Shown: positions 37,190 through 51,805 of the stretch, piece by piece
Layout: every line of letters begins with the position of its first letter
Numbering within the stretch: the first letter of the stretch is position 1
DNA from: Octopus sinensis
Taxonomy: Eukaryota
Assembly: GCF_006345805.1 (NCBI RefSeq)
Contig: NC_043005.1
Location: forward strand, 72,168,001-72,232,000
Length of the DNA: 64,000 nt
Reading direction: 5' to 3'
Notes under the pieces: generated by a model
Database searches by the model: none
The model's input: the letters and a program-made list of their open reading frames with translations, nothing else
Told to the model about the DNA's origin: nothing
Program-made: the position numbers and the translations under genes

Positions 37190-37690
37190 ACTTGTTTCTA
37201 CTTGTTTCAGTTATTGGACCGTGGCCATGCTGGGGCACCACTTTGAACAAATCTTTTTTAAGTGTGGTGCATTTTCTTTCAGTCTCTTTTCAGCAAACCA
37301 CTAAGTTACAGGGACATAACCAAACCAACACTGGTTATCAAGCTGTGATTGGGGATGAATGCAAAGACACACACCTAGACACATACATATTTGTTTGTGT
37401 GTATGTGTGCATGTGTGCATGTATGTGTGTGTACGCATGTGTGCACATGTGTGTGTGCGTGCGTGTTTGTGTGTGTGCGTGTGTGTGTATGCGTGTGTAT
37501 GTGCGTACATGTGTGTGTATGTGTGTGTACAATGTGCATCTTTCAGTTTCTGTCCACCAAATCTACTTACAAGGCTTTGATCAGCCTGGGGCAATAGTTG
37601 AAGCCACTTGCCAAAGATACTGTGCTGTAGTACTGAACTCAGAACCATGCGATTGGAAAGCAAATTTTTTACTGTTCAGTTATGCCTGTA
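37190..37690 (-). mobile_element. Older family B SINE with expanded (GT)-rich centre
   Basis: Tail and head homologous to family B, with about 160 bp of degenerate (GT)n between them. Confidence 0.75.
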
Positions 37691-38544
37691 AACACTAACC
37701 TGAAACTCTACACAAACGAAGTTCCCGCCATGACCATTTTAACTTTTTGTATATCAAGGACCACATCATCCATTCTATCCTTCTTAGTTTAAGACAATAG
37801 CATGTAATTTGAGGGAGATTCACCTTCTATTTCTAGCATGTTGAAAAAATTTGTAAAGATTTTTTGATGTCACAATATTAAGTCGATTGGTTGTAAAAAG
37901 CATATACTTTTTGTTCATAACATAGAACATCATATAACATTGGTTACATATTCTGAGAGGAACAAATTATTCCAGAAACTAAGTTTTTACCCTACAAGGC
38001 ATATAACTCCAGTTAAATGCCGACGTGAGCAGAATTAACAGATACATATTTACAGGCGCATGATGACATACTCAAATCTAAAAACCATTTCTTTGGTGAC
38101 ACTGCAATAGTCTTCATAATAATAATAACCAATATAAATTGCCTGACAGTTTCATATTACACCATTTAGCTACAACATACCATAATTCAAATTCTTATCA
38201 GTTAGATTATGGATATGCCAAGAATTCTAAATTTTCAGATTTCTTCTTGATTTGCTGTATATTCACTATCCAATAAGAATATCTATTATATTTATCTACC
38301 ATTGAGAATTGTAAATATGGCCGCCAGAGAATAGAAACACGCACACACAAAAAAAAATGCACTCATACAAAATAAAAATTCCATTAGTATAGATCATTTT
38401 TTTTGGACCATTAAATTTTTTCATTTTTTTTTATATTTGCTTACATTGAACATGACATTTTGAATAATTATCTTCAGGTGACCCAGAATATACTACAGTT
38501 GGGTTTGAATTCAGAACTCTGTTTTTAATGTAAAGTTTCAAGTA

Positions 38545-38930
38545 GGTACAGGCATGACTGTGTGCTTAAGAAATTCACTTTACAAATCACATGGTTTTGG
38601 GTTCAGTTCCACTGCATGGCACTTCAGGCAAGTGTCTTCCACTATAGCTCTGATGAACCAACCAATCTCTTGTGAGTCTTGTGTGTGAATTTGGTAGAGA
38701 GAAACTGCGTGAAGCCTACTATGTCTATATACGTGTGTTAGTGTGTGTATGTGTAGTTGTGTTTATTCCTCCACTGTTTGAGAACCGGTGTTGGTTTGTT
38801 TCCATTCCCATAACTTAGTGGTTCAGCAAAAGATAGAGACAGAATAAGTACTAGACTTAAGAATAAATACTGGTGTCAGTTTGCTCAACTAAACCCTTCA
38901 AGGTGGTACTCCAGCATGGCCACACTCCAA
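38545..38930 (+). mobile_element. Family B SINE
   Basis: gtacaggcatgactgtgtgcttaag..gttcagttccactgcatggcacttcaggcaagtg..ccagcatggccacac. Confidence 0.8.
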
Positions 38931-39859
38931 TGATTTATATGGTGATAAAAATATAACAGATGTAGCTAGTATTCTAGAAGACCTGGGCAAGCATAGCAAT
39001 TGTGTCTGAATTGCAAGGATACACACACGATTGCTACTCAACTCTACATTGAGCTGTTCTGAATAAATAAAACACACACCTTTCTTTTGACAAGATGTAA
39101 CTCTACTGCCTGTAGTTTTACCAGTTCCACAGTGTTGCCGTTGTTCTTGTTGATGGTGGTGTTTTCGTGGCAAAACATCCTTTACTAAGCAGTTCTAGGA
39201 CCATTATCATTCTAGTTAGAAGCATGTCTTTTTTTGTCTTATTTTCAATATGATAGGATATGATTTGTGAGGATTTGGTTGGTATTTCTAGCAGATTTAG
39301 TGAACCCATACTTTTTGTTAGCTTGCTATGAAACCATTAGGATTTCGCTGAGATTTCATCATAGATAACTAATTAATCGCCAAACTGTAAGAACCAAATA
39401 TTCTTTTTCTAAAAAGGAGAAAAAAAAACCATGAAAATGCTAGCTATATTTCCTGTTTCACATAACGGTAAACAGTTGCCAAGGAACTAAATCTTTATCT
39501 ATAAACTAACCTTAAGATTATTGTTTTTGTTCTGTTCAACAGCATCTATATTCTTTATATATTCTGTAGATCTTTGATTTATAAAAGATAAGAAAGCTAG
39601 ACACTTTTTATCAATACTCACTTTGTATAGTGCTTGAAGCTTAAGTTTTCTTAAGAAAATCATTCTGTTTAGAATTAAACTTAATACAAGATCTTCTGTG
39701 ATGTTGAATTCCTTTATAGAAACGAAGGTGCAAAATAACATGTTATGGCATTTGCGGTTGTATTGTGGCTATCTGTGGGTGTAGATTTACTGAAATCAAT
39801 ATCTGGGAATTAATACTTAACCATGGCGTTGACTTGTGTAGGTGTAATCACTGCTCTCA

Positions 39860-40000
39860 TGGTTACTTATTTAGCTAAGCTCTTCACTCCCTATGGAGCA
39901 AAGGTCATCAACAACTTTCCTTTTCTGTTCTCGACTCTGAACTGTCATTTTCTCTCTCAGGCCTTCTTTATTTTGAGTTATCATCAATGGTTCTGTAACT
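39860..40000 (-). mobile_element. RTE-type LINE extreme 3' end relic
   Basis: Minus strand ..QSREQKRKVVDDLCSIGSEELS* resembles RTE C-termini of the Q.R..WR..V..LCS type; a related relic lies near 6290-6410. Confidence 0.45.
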
Positions 40001-40246
40001 TTGTGTTTTTATTATCAGAATAATCTCTCTCTAAGTACAGCAATATATCTTTCAACACGTGATTTCGTATGAAGAATCTTGTGAAACAAATACAAATATG
40101 AAATAATATATGCTTCAACCAAGTTAGCAATAAACTGAGAAATACATTATCTCTTCATAAAGGACTGCATCTTCAATCTATACACGAATTCTATCAATTC
40201 AACAGGACAACTCTACCTCTCAAATTACCATGTTAAAAATGTACAA

Positions 40247-40566
40247 GGATCTTTACCTTTTGACGTACAGATTTAAAAATTAATTTTTTTGTAACTAAAC
40301 ACTTTCCAATTTCAGACGCTGGTAGAATGTGTCATATAAAGCATGTTTTATTCTTAACATTTTTGAGAAGAACTTATATTTATGAAGTAATTTCACGTTA
40401 AAGTAGGCCTATTTCGATAATTTCTGCCAATCAATGACATGTATTCAGCTGAATAAAATTACTGCCATTGTTTGTCAACAAGAACTTCCAGCAGTGTATT
40501 TTTTTGTTTGTCACTGTTATTCATGACAACCCTAACCCTAAACCTAACACCCTAAAACCTAACCCT
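40247..40566. repeat. Unclassified repeat fragment ending in degenerate (CCCTAA)n
   Basis: aaccctaaccctaaacctaacaccctaaaacctaaccc at 40528-40566; the left boundary is a guess. Confidence 0.45.
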
Positions 40567-42404
40567 TGTGGTAGACTGCTCTGTTGGTGCTACTCCATAT
40601 TTAGAATATGATGGTGGCCAATACTATAAGTATTTCTGTTTCTCTGTTTGATAAAGACTTTGGTGTTTCTAAGTTCAAAACCAGTGAATATCAAGGAAGC
40701 CCCATTCATACTGATTCAGTCAGTAAAGTATGTATCAGTAATATTTTCTATGCAAAATATGAGGCAGGAATAACACTTGATACTGCCAGAATTACATTGC
40801 AAACCAAGTCAATGGGGAAGCCTGTATGTAGTTACCATGCTAGAAATAGCAGCCAAATCTCTCTCAAAACCAATTGTAATAACTTAAAACAGGTGGTAAG
40901 GTGGTGAGCTGGCAGTATCATTAGCATGCCAGGCAAAATGTTTAATGACATTTCATCCATCTTTATGTTCTGAGGTTCTGAGTTCAAATTCCACCAAGGT
41001 CAACTTTGCCTTTCATCCTTTCAGGGTCAATGAGATAGGTACTAGTTGAACACTAGGATCAATTTTAATAGACTTATCCCCTTTCCTGAAACTGCAAGCC
41101 TTCTGCCAAAATTTGAAACCAATATCTTGAAACAGGCAGGATAGGTTGAATAAACTACTCTTCCATACACAATATCTAGAAATAATATAAAATGAAAAAT
41201 AAAAGGAAAGAAAAAGGGGATGTTCATGACTTTAACAATAAGATCTGCTGTTTATATCTGACTTGGAGGCTAAACAATGACAAAAAAAAAAAGCATTTCT
41301 ATAATTCCTATTATGCGTTCTTATTGTTTAAAGTAATTTAAACTTTATAACAAAGCCTAATGACCTAATATATATCTCTTAATGTAATTAAATATAACAA
41401 AATGTACAGCATCATCACAACAATGACCACAGCTCGGATGTTGCAGATTTAAACAAATATATTTGTCAATATATACATATGTGTGAGTGTCTGAATGTGT
41501 GAATGTATGTATAATATATATGTGTGAGTGTGTGAATGTGTGTATAATATATATGTGTGCCAGTGCGTGTAACATATATATATGCATGTGTGAGTGCATG
41601 CAATGTATGTATAGCTGTGTATGCATCAGTGTGTGTTATGTATGTGTATGTGTGTATAATGTTTATTTTACTGCAAAATCTGGTATACTGGGAAACTGTT
41701 TGAATAACCAATGAAGTTAATCTATGATCTGTTTCACTTTATTTTCATATATCTATTTAGTATTATATTTTTTTATAAGCTTATTCTATATTTCTCTAAA
41801 AGTAACACATTTTTATCTAAAATTTGTGCAAACCCAATCAGTAAAATGGCTAGTTTTTATCAATATTTGGCTACGTACCAAATGTGATAAGAGATTCCAC
41901 TAAGAATTGTATTGTTTTGGCAGGTGCTGTATAAAAGACATACATAGGCATTACTAGCCCCTTAATTAGTCTCAGGAGATTATTTGCCATATATTTTCAG
42001 AAATGGGTAGCCTAGTTTTCAAAAATAAGTAGCCTAATTTGTTTGTTTCCATTGCTTAAAATAGAAGCTCATAATCGATCCGCTCGGCTTTGTCTTACCA
42101 TTTCCCTTTTGGCGTTTAATAGAAATAATGAGTAAAAGATTATATCATATTTTTGATTTTGATATAAATTAGTCAGAGGAGAAAAATCATGGCCTTTTTT
42201 ACAGGCCTCCAAGATTAGTGAGAGGAATGGGAGGGTGAGTAGTAAGTGGTTATTAGTTGTACTAAAAAAAACAGAACACTAAGATATCCAATTAGTCTTT
42301 GACTGTAAACCTGGTCATAATGTTTGCTACACGATAGATATGGCTACAAGCTCCTATCATTCGGGTGGTAGTGTTAACCCTCTTTAATTTTATCTTTAAT
42401 TTTT

Positions 42405-42707
42405 ATCTTTTGCTAATTTCTGTCATTAGGTTGCGGGCCATGTTGGGGTACTATCTTGAAAATGTTGTAGTCAAATTGATCGGCTCCAGTACTTATTTTT
42501 TCGTCAAGCCTGGAACTTATTTTTTTGGTGTCACTTGCTGAATTGTTAAGTTACAGGCATGTAATCACACATACACTGGTTGTCAAGCCATGGTGGTGGG
42601 ACAAACACAGACACACACATATACATATATATTTATATATATATATATATATTTATGTATATGTGTATATATGTATGTATATGTGTATATATGTATGTGT
42701 ATGTGTA

Positions 42708-42744
<37 letters not shown>

Positions 42745-43120
42745 GTATATATATGAATGTATATATTTATGTATATGTATGTATATATTTTTGTATATAT
42801 ATATATGTATATATTTATGTGTATATATATGTATGTATATATTTATGTATATATATGTATGTATATATATATATATATGTATATACATGTATGTATATGT
42901 GTATATATATATATGTGTGTATATATATTTATGTATATATATATGTATGTATATATATGTTTATATACAAAGGGCTTCTTTCAGTTTCCATCAGCGAAAT
43001 CCATTCCCAAAGGTTTGGTTGGCTCGACACTATAGTAGAAGACACTTCCACAAGGTGCCACACAGTGAGATTGAATCCAGAATCACGTGGTTGGAAGCAA
43101 GCTTCTTACCACTCAGCCAG
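42405..43120 (-). mobile_element. Family B SINE with ~340-bp expanded internal (TA/TG) microsatellite
   Basis: Tail 42405-42620, microsatellite 42620-42965, head 42966-43120; source of the 219-aa and 189-aa ORFs. Confidence 0.85.
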
Positions 43121-43449
43121 ATCTGCAAAATTAAATTTCATGTTTATTTCAGAATATAAAACTTTTACTTTCTGCAAATCTTGATGCCTCAAGAAACTTG
43201 ACATATCTCAACAAAAAATTGTTTCATAATGTCACACATTAATAAAAGACAGGTATATGAAATTGTTTTCCACATTTAAGGGTAATTAAATTTAGAGCAG
43301 CTATTTCTGATTTCTGCAGAAAAAGGGTTACAGAAAGGGACAAATTAAATCTACCTCTGCTAATTTATATTTAAAGGCTGCCATTTTATTATAATAGAAG
43401 CTTTTATGTGAATTGATTCTTGCTTCATATTAATTCATTATTTTGCTGT

Positions 43450-43892
43450 ACAAGTGTGATCATTGACAGAGCAGCTAACCGGCTTCCATGCCAGTGACAC
43501 ATAAAAGGCAGCATTCAAGTGTGATCGTTACCAGCGTCGCCTTACTGGCACTTGTACCCCGTGCTAGTAGAGTGCTAAGAGCACCATCTGAACATGATCG
43601 TTGCCAGAGTGGCTAACTGGCTTCCATGCCAATGGCACATTAACGGTACCATTCGAGCGTGATTGTTACCAGCGTTGCCTTACTGGCACTTGTGCCGGTG
43701 ACATATGTAAAAACATTCGCCTGACTGGCCCCCCCGTGCCCACTACACTCTTGGAGTGGTTGGCATTAGGAAGGGCATCGCCAGATCAAGATTGGAGCCT
43801 GGTGCAGCCATCTGGTTCGCCAGCCCTCAGTCAAATCGTCCAATCCATGCTAGCATGGAAAGCAGAAGATAAACGATGATGTTGATGATGGT
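43450..43892 (+). mobile_element. Family C element with internal ~65-bp array
   Basis: Units are the reverse complement of 2402-2690; standard 3' part and (GAT)n tail. Confidence 0.8.
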
Positions 43893-45954
43893 TGAGATAA
43901 AAAGGATAGAGCAGTATTTAGTTTTGTCCATCTAAGTTGTGAGATCAAATCTTAACTTTTGCTTGATGGGTTTTACCCCCTTGTCAGTCACAATTTTACA
44001 CTTACCTGTTTGCCCATAAATAAAAAAAACAAGATTTAACCATCTATCCATATAATGCACACATATATCCACACACACATACACACACACACATACATAC
44101 TTGTAGTGAAGTGACTAGATCAAACTGTAGACCTGTCTGCTAAGGAGTTGTATATTTAAACAAGTTGCAGGCATTTTATTGAACATCTCTGCATGCTGGC
44201 TCTGTTTACATAATAGTGAGAAATAGGCACCAATATTTTTATGAAAGTAGACTTCAGTTTTGAGACAGCTATGGTAAATCAATCTCCTATGCTGGACAAT
44301 TTACAATCCAATAAGTTTAGTTGTTGGTCTGCAGCAGTGAAAGCAATCCATACTTGCTCAATAACGCATATAACATTCTCTTCTCTTACGTTTTTATTTT
44401 CCCCACTTCTCTATCTTCACAAAGAGCTTCTTGCTTGAAATATTGATAACTCTTCCTGTTTCTCACAAAGTAATTCATTGACTTTGTTTATGTTGCTTTT
44501 TTTTTTTTTTCATATATATTCTTTTATCACAAACTTGCCTAATATATCAATATATCTCTTCTGGAATATTATTATGAAGATGCTTTATATGTATCACAGC
44601 TAGGTGTTGCTTTTGACGTGCTGGCTTCAAAACTTGCCAATGCATATAGCAATACCTAAAACAACACATGACAGAGAAAAGCACCTGAATCTGTATATGT
44701 CTATATGTTACTAACGTTTCTGCTACTTTCTTTTTGTTTTTGTTGTAATACGACTATTGGCAGAAATAAGCATTATAGTGATGTTGTTGTCACTGATCTT
44801 CAGTCTTGATTCAATCCTGATTAATTAGACTTACTGTCAAGATATTCCAAGTGTAAACATCATGTATTTTATATTAAGGATTACATCATCTGAAATTTTT
44901 AAAGATTTTTTTAAAGAGATTAATCCATTATATGAGAGGAATTTGACTGCCATTTCTGGTAACTTTATTACCACAAATTGGTTCAGTTCATAGCTTGTTT
45001 TTTTAATAATATTTTTAGCTAATAAAAACTGATCTGCCATTGCTCTGTTATTTTTCTTCTAGTTGATCTAACATAGTGCTAACATCTTATATCAAGGATG
45101 CTTACAGATAACCTAAAAAAAACCCTGTAGAAAGCCTGACTATAAATATTAAAAAAAAAGTCAGATATAATTACTTTTCAATAGCCTCCCCCCCACCTCC
45201 ATCTCTAACAGTTGCCAAAGAACACGAAGTATAGATTAAAAGATGCTAAATTTAGCTATAATTACTCATTCTTCTTTTTCTTGAATGAGAGTGAAGAGAG
45301 TTTCTTTTGTCGCTGGTTTATAATATAATATGATCAGTCGTATTATGTAAATAACAAACAAAGAAAATAACTAAATAAAAAAATGAGAGAAAAATGATAT
45401 TTATATGTTATTTGTTGCTAGCTGTTTAGCATAGACCTTCATTCGCTGGATTTCCTGTTCAAAAGCTATAACAATAGAACATTGCATAAAATATTTTATG
45501 CACTCATAAATGCATTTATGCTTTTTACCCATTTGTTTTTAGAAACCAATGAAAAAATGGGAATGCAAATGGCATTTTCTTCTAGGCAAATACAGTCACA
45601 TAAAGAATGCATGAATTTTTCAGCTTGTTGTCACAAAAATTATTATGATTATTATTATTATCATCATCATCATCATCATCATCGTCATTATTATTTGTTG
45701 TTGTTGTAGTTATTATTATGAAGGCAAGAAAATGCTTCGCGGTGGTATTTAGTTACAAATGTTTGTATTCTGAGTTCAAATCCCATTGGGTTTGTCTTTG
45801 TTTTCCATTCCTCAGGAGGTTGAGGAAATAATTTAGCAGTCAAATAGTTATGTTGAATCAATTGTTTCTGCTCCTCCCTTTAAATTTGTAATTTTGTGCC
45901 AAATTAATGTTGGCACAAACCTAGAAATTTAAGAGGAGGAGTAGAATCCATTAT

Positions 45955-45991
<37 letters not shown>

Positions 45992-46276
45992 AGTTGTTAA
46001 TGTCATTGTTGTTATTACACTGGTGAACAGGCAAAATCATTAGAACATTGGATGAAATATTTTTGCAGTATTTTTTCTTAACATTCTGAGTTCAAATCCT
46101 GCCAAGGTCACCTTTGCTTTCCTTCCCTACAGAGTTGATAAAATAAAGTAGTAACTAAGCAATAGAATTGATGGTATCGACTAAACCCCATCTCACAAAA
46201 TTCCTTGTTTTTTCCCCCTAAATTATCAACAGTTGTTGTTGTTGTTGTTGGTAGTAGTAGTAGTAGTAGTAGTAGT

Positions 46277-46319
<43 letters not shown>

Positions 46320-46569
46320 CAGTAAGGTCAGGGTGATGGAGGGTTAACAGAACTGGTTGGACATGGGAAAATAATGTCATATGGCCTTTAGTTTGCCCCT
46401 TTATATTTTGAGTTAAAAAAAAAAAAAACTGCTGAACTTTGCCCTTTTATCTTTTCGGGATTGATAGAATAAGTACCAGTCAAGCATTGGGGTTGAAATA
46501 ATCAAATAGCTCCTCCAACCCCACAAAATTTCAGGCCTTGTACCAAGAGTAGAAAGAGTTATTATTACG

Positions 46570-46572
46570 ATC

Positions 46573-46608
<36 letters not shown>

Positions 46609-47150
46609 ACATTTGGTAGTTTCAGGCAAATTTTTACTGCATCACCTGCACCTCCATGTTGCTGACATGTGTGCAGTATTGAGTTCTTTCTTGTTGTTGG
46701 GAGCAAGCAAACTCTTTCTGGTATTGTATTGCATCAGTTTTTTGTTTTTTTTTCTGGGGTATGGTGAAGTCTTTTGTTGTATTAATGTTTATATTGTGTG
46801 TTGTGAGTATAATGCGTTGAGTAAGGGGCCTGCTGGTAGTTGTTAATTTTATTGGATATTTGCTATATAGCGTGTGTCATGCATTTGTGGATTGTTTTTT
46901 TTCAGTGGGGGTTGTATTATTGAATTGATAGTGACTTGTGTAAGATGTGTGCTGTTTCTAGCAGGGCTATTTTTTAAAAACCTGTGGTGTTGGAGATCCA
47001 GGTATAACTTCTACGTTTTTGTTCATATATTTTTTATCATGCCTAATGCTCCAATCATTACTGGTATTGTTTTCACCTTGATGCCCCACATCTTCAATCC
47101 TTCAATTTCAAGGTCTTTGTACTTTGACAATACCTCCACTTAATTTGGAC
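46570..47150 (-). mobile_element. 3' end of RLE-type (R4/Dong-like) non-LTR retrotransposon
   Basis: Minus strand EVLSKYKDLEIEGLKMWGIKVKTIPVMIGALGMIK..IPGSP../IALLETAHILHKSLSIQ*, then 3' UTR and (TAA)n tail. Confidence 0.82.
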
Positions 47151-47374
47151 AATATTTTGGTGAGAAGAGACTGCAAAGTCTATATGTAAGCAAGTGTTTT
47201 TTTTTTTTCTTTCCAATCCTTGATTATGTCTGTGTCAGTTTCTTGGTTAGTTTGAACAGACATATCTCAGTTGATTGTTGGTGTTCAGATAAATGCTATC
47301 GATTATTGTACATCACCAGATCAATCCTTATGCAGCAGACCTGTGATCAAAAATATTTTGTCATAATTCCATAT

Positions 47375-47768
47375 ATACTCTTTACTCTTTTACTTGTTTC
47401 AGTCATTTGACTGTGGCCATTCTGAAGCACCGCCTTTAGTCGAGCAAATCGACCCCAGGACTTATTCTTTGTAAACCTAGTACTTATTCTATTGGTCTCT
47501 TTTGCCAAACCACTAAGTTACGGGGATGTAAAACGCACCAGCATCAGTTGTCAAGCAATGTTGCGGGGACAATCACAGACACACAAACACACACACGTAT
47601 ATACGATGGGCTTCTTTCATTTTCCGCCTACCAAATCCACTCACAAGGCCTTGGTCCGCCCGAGATTATAGCAGAAGACACTTGCCCAAGGTGCCACGCA
47701 GTGGGACTGAACCCGGAACCATGTGGTTGGTAAGCAAGCTACTTACCACACAGCCAATCCTGCGCCTA
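47375..47768 (-). mobile_element. Family B SINE, full length, young
   Basis: Nearly collinear with 8301-8700, 48497-48868 and 54920-55335. Confidence 0.92.
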
Positions 47769-48190
47769 TAATGTAAATATATATATATATTACGTGTACA
47801 TTAATAGTAATGGTAAGACAACAAAAGAATGAATGAAATCTCGATATTATGTAAATAGAGGAATTACATGTATATATTTATATATATATTACATTTATAT
47901 AATATTTATATAATGAATATGCATTTTATATACATATATATATATGAAGTGTGTGTGTGAATGTGTATCTGATTTCGTCTGTGTGTATGTTCTTTTGCTA
48001 ATGCATGCTAGCAGAAGATAATAAAAGCTGCAAACAGGTAAAGAAGACGAGAAATTAACAGTGGCACTCCCTTATTATAATCATTGTCAGAAATGTTGTG
48101 AATCAGGGTTTGGCCTGCTAGGAACCTGCATCCAAATCATTCTACACACACACACACATATGTATACATATACACATACACATTTTTTTT

Positions 48191-48224
<34 letters not shown>

Positions 48225-48265
48225 TAGACAGACAGATAGATAGACAGATAATATATATGCATATT

Positions 48266-48297
<32 letters not shown>

Positions 48298-48496
48298 AAG
48301 AATGAGAGAGAGAGAGATAGATATAGATACATACATATATAGATACATATATACATACATATATATATATTTCTTTACTACCCACAAGGGGCTAAACACA
48401 GAGGGGACAAACAAGGACATACATATATAGATACATATATATACATATATACTTATAAATATATAGATATATACATATATATATATATATATATAT

Positions 48497-48868
48497 CTTT
48501 TACTTGTTTCAGTCATTTGACTGTGGCCATGCTGGAGCACCACCTTTAATCGAGCAAATCGACCCCGGGACTTATTCTTTGTAAGCCCAGTACTTATTCT
48601 ATCGCTCTCTTTTAGCTGAACCGCTAAGTGACGGGGACATAAACACACTAGCATCGGTTGTCAAGCAATGCTAGGGGGACAAACACACACATATATATAT
48701 ATATACGACGGGCTTCTTTCAGTTTCCATCTACCAAATCCACTCACAAGGCTTTGGTCGGCCCGAGGCTATAGTAGAAGACACTTGCCCAAGGTGCCATG
48801 CAGTGGGACTGAACCCGGAACCATGTGGTTCGTAAACAAGCTACTTACCACACAGCCACTCCTACGCC
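48497..48868 (-). mobile_element. Family B SINE, full length, young
   Basis: High similarity to the other young copies; CpGs retained. Confidence 0.92.
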
Positions 48869-48906
<38 letters not shown>

Positions 48907-49859
48907 TAGATTGATAGATAGATAGATATAGATACATACTTATTGATACATACATATATACATAAATAGATAGATAGGCACTCACACACACATTAAAAAA
49001 TAGATTACACTTTTTCTCGCTTAGAAATATTAACTTTGTGTTAATATTCTGCTAACAGTAATCTTTCTCATATTCTCACAGCTATTATTATTTATTTTGT
49101 TAATAACAGCTTACATATCCTAAAAGAAAATTTATTGCTTCATTCTTTACCATTATTTAATGTGGAAAAAAAGTTGTGCTGTTGACACAAATTGCTATCT
49201 TGTTTAAATTTGAATTGTAACTAATATTCCCTAATTATCACACTAGGTGGTCGCCACAGCTGTTGTTTTTGTTTTTTATTTTTCATTTTTTAATTATATA
49301 AAGTATGGTTCATAAAAGAATAATTCTAATTATGAATATATATTCGTTTTCTTCTCGTTATTTTAGTGTTATCTTTTGATGAAATCATTGCATCAGCAAA
49401 TTATGTTAAGTGATTTTTTTTCTTTGAAAATAAAGAATATTTGATATTAAGCTGTTCTAAAAACATCTAATATTCATATTTTGTGAACGCAAACTCATCA
49501 AGAGTAAGTAAGTACAGACATAATGCATATTTCTGTATTGGCAAACAACAAATATGAAATTTTTATGTCAGGTGAAATGTATTTCCAAAAATCTTTGAAC
49601 TTTTTCGGAAGCTAAGTTTAACGATTTCATCTTATTATCACAAAATTAATAGTGAAGCAATAAACATAAATGAAAGTTAAACTAATGATTCTATGTTGCA
49701 AATGGTTTTATTTCTCCTTTGGGTATCAGGTTTAATATTTATAGAGGTTTGTAAATAAGTGGTTAAATTGATGTTTTTCTTGAAGTTAATAGTGATTTAA
49801 ATGAAGCTAAGCAGCACATCCATTGAGATTCAAAAAACCAGGCTTTGGAAATAAATTTG

Positions 49860-49860
49860 A

Positions 49861-49897
<37 letters not shown>

Positions 49898-50132
49898 CAT
49901 TGTGTACAGTGCTCAGGTGCACTACAACTCATCTAAAGTGTATGTATAGTACATAGGGTAATGTACAAGCGTCAGGAAAAGAACAGTGCATGAGTCATGA
50001 CATACACGTATGTGTATGAGTATGGAAGGTGTAGTTTTGGCAGATTTTGGAAAGCATGAGGGCCTTAAAGGATGCAGTGTCATGGCAGTCAACAACTGAC
50101 GCAGGCAGTTTGTTCCATACTTCATCATCATC
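49860..50132 (-). mobile_element. CR1/L2-group LINE 3' end
   Basis: Minus strand EVWNKLPASVVDCHDTASFKALML (WN.LP..V.....FK motif), 3' UTR and (TTA)n tail; truncated by a family C insertion. Confidence 0.8.
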
Positions 50133-50460
50133 ACCATCAGTTAACGTCTGTTGTGCATGCTTGTATGGGTTGGCCGGTTTGACTGTGGACTGGCAAGCCA
50201 GGAGGCTGCACCGGGTCCCAATCTGATCTGGCAAGGTTTCTACAGCTTGATGCCTTTCCTGGTGCCAACCACTCTGAGAATGTAATGGGTGCTTTTACAT
50301 AGCACTGAACAAGTACTTTATGTGACTCTGGCAGAGGTGCTTTTTACGTGGCACTGGCACAGGGATCTTGCTGGCCAATCCTCTTCACCAGGGAGAGAAA
50401 CCTTAACACTTCTGCTGTGGAGCACAGGTCTCCTTGAGTACAGCAAAGCACCAGGTATCT
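50133..50460 (-). mobile_element. Family C SINE-like element
   Basis: catcatcaccatcagttaacgtctg..gggttggccgg..tgccaaccactctgag. Confidence 0.8.
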
Positions 50461-50574
50461 CAGAATAACAAAAATCAGTAGAGTACCAGGTATCTCAGAA
50501 TAACAGGTATCTCAGAATAACCAGGTAACTCAGAATAACAAAAATCAGATAGAATAACAAAATCAGTAGAGTAC
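50451..50574. repeat. Patchwork of short direct repeats
   Basis: caggtatctcagaataac four times and aaaatcagtagagtac twice plus a partial copy, in shuffled order. Confidence 0.85.
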
Positions 50575-50599
50575 TTGCCAATATGCCATGTGGCATATT

Positions 50600-50788
50600 C
50601 ATCTACTGTTACAGTCTGAGTTCAAATTCTACCGAGGTCAACTTTGCCTTTCATCCTTTCAGGGTCAATGAAATAAATACCAGTTATGCACTGGGGTCGA
50701 TGAAATCGACTTAATCCCTTTGTCTGTCCTTGTTTGTCCTCTCTATGTTTACCCCCCCCCCCCCGCTGTGGGCAATAAAGAGATAAAT
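50600..50788 (+). mobile_element. Family A SINE, 5' truncated
   Basis: ctgagttcaaattctaccgaggtc..gggcaataaagagata. Confidence 0.85.
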
Positions 50789-51768
50789 ATGCCTTGTGGT
50801 ATTTAGTTGTATCCTTTTACATTCTGATTTCACTCTCTTATTGAGGTCAGTTTTAGCTTTCATAAAATAGAGCACTGGTCAATTACTGGGTTGATTTAGT
50901 CTGCAGCACCTCTCAAAATTTCAGGGCTTTGTGACTATGATAGAAATCTGTGTGTACCTGTTTATCCATCTATCCACTCATTCTTCTGTCCATCCATTTG
51001 CCCGTTTGTCTGTCTCTCTGTCCTTTTGTCTGTTGAAAACAATGACAGTGATACTGATAATGATGATGATGATGATTACACAAGAGCAGGAACGAAATAA
51101 TTTACTAAGTGGGTACAAACTCAGTTTTTCAGGAGGATTTTCAAAGCATTTTCATTGCCCCCACCCGAAGCAACTTTAGGGTATGCACTTGCGCATTCTG
51201 CACACTCCGTTCCTGTGTCTGTGGATGGTTCTGGCTGCGATGACAATGATGATGATGAGGATGATGATTGCTTACTATAATGAAAATGCTTTCATTGCTT
51301 TTGTAAGGCTGCTTAGCAGATACATTTATTACTTAAAATGAAAGAAAATGTTCCCATGAAAAAAATCTTGCTTAATCTGTATATTGAACCAAACCTCTCT
51401 CTCCCTAGATGATAATACTGCATCAATATTGACCTTTTCGTTAAGAATAATGTTACAAGTGTAGTGAGGGTCATTCCTTTTCTCTCATTTTCTTTCCATT
51501 TTTAAATTACATAATTTAAAGGTTATCTGCTTATCTCTATCATCGTTTTTACTATCATCTTAAAAATGTATAGCTCTTAACCACTGACACTACGACCATT
51601 ACCACCACCACCACCATAACCATCACAATCTCCAGTGTCACAGCCACCACCACCACCATCACCGACATTATCACTACAACCACCAATATTGCCAACACCA
51701 CCACCACCATCACCATCATCACCAAAACAACCATCGCTGTAACCACCACCAGCTGCAACACACCACAA

Positions 51769-51805
<37 letters not shown>

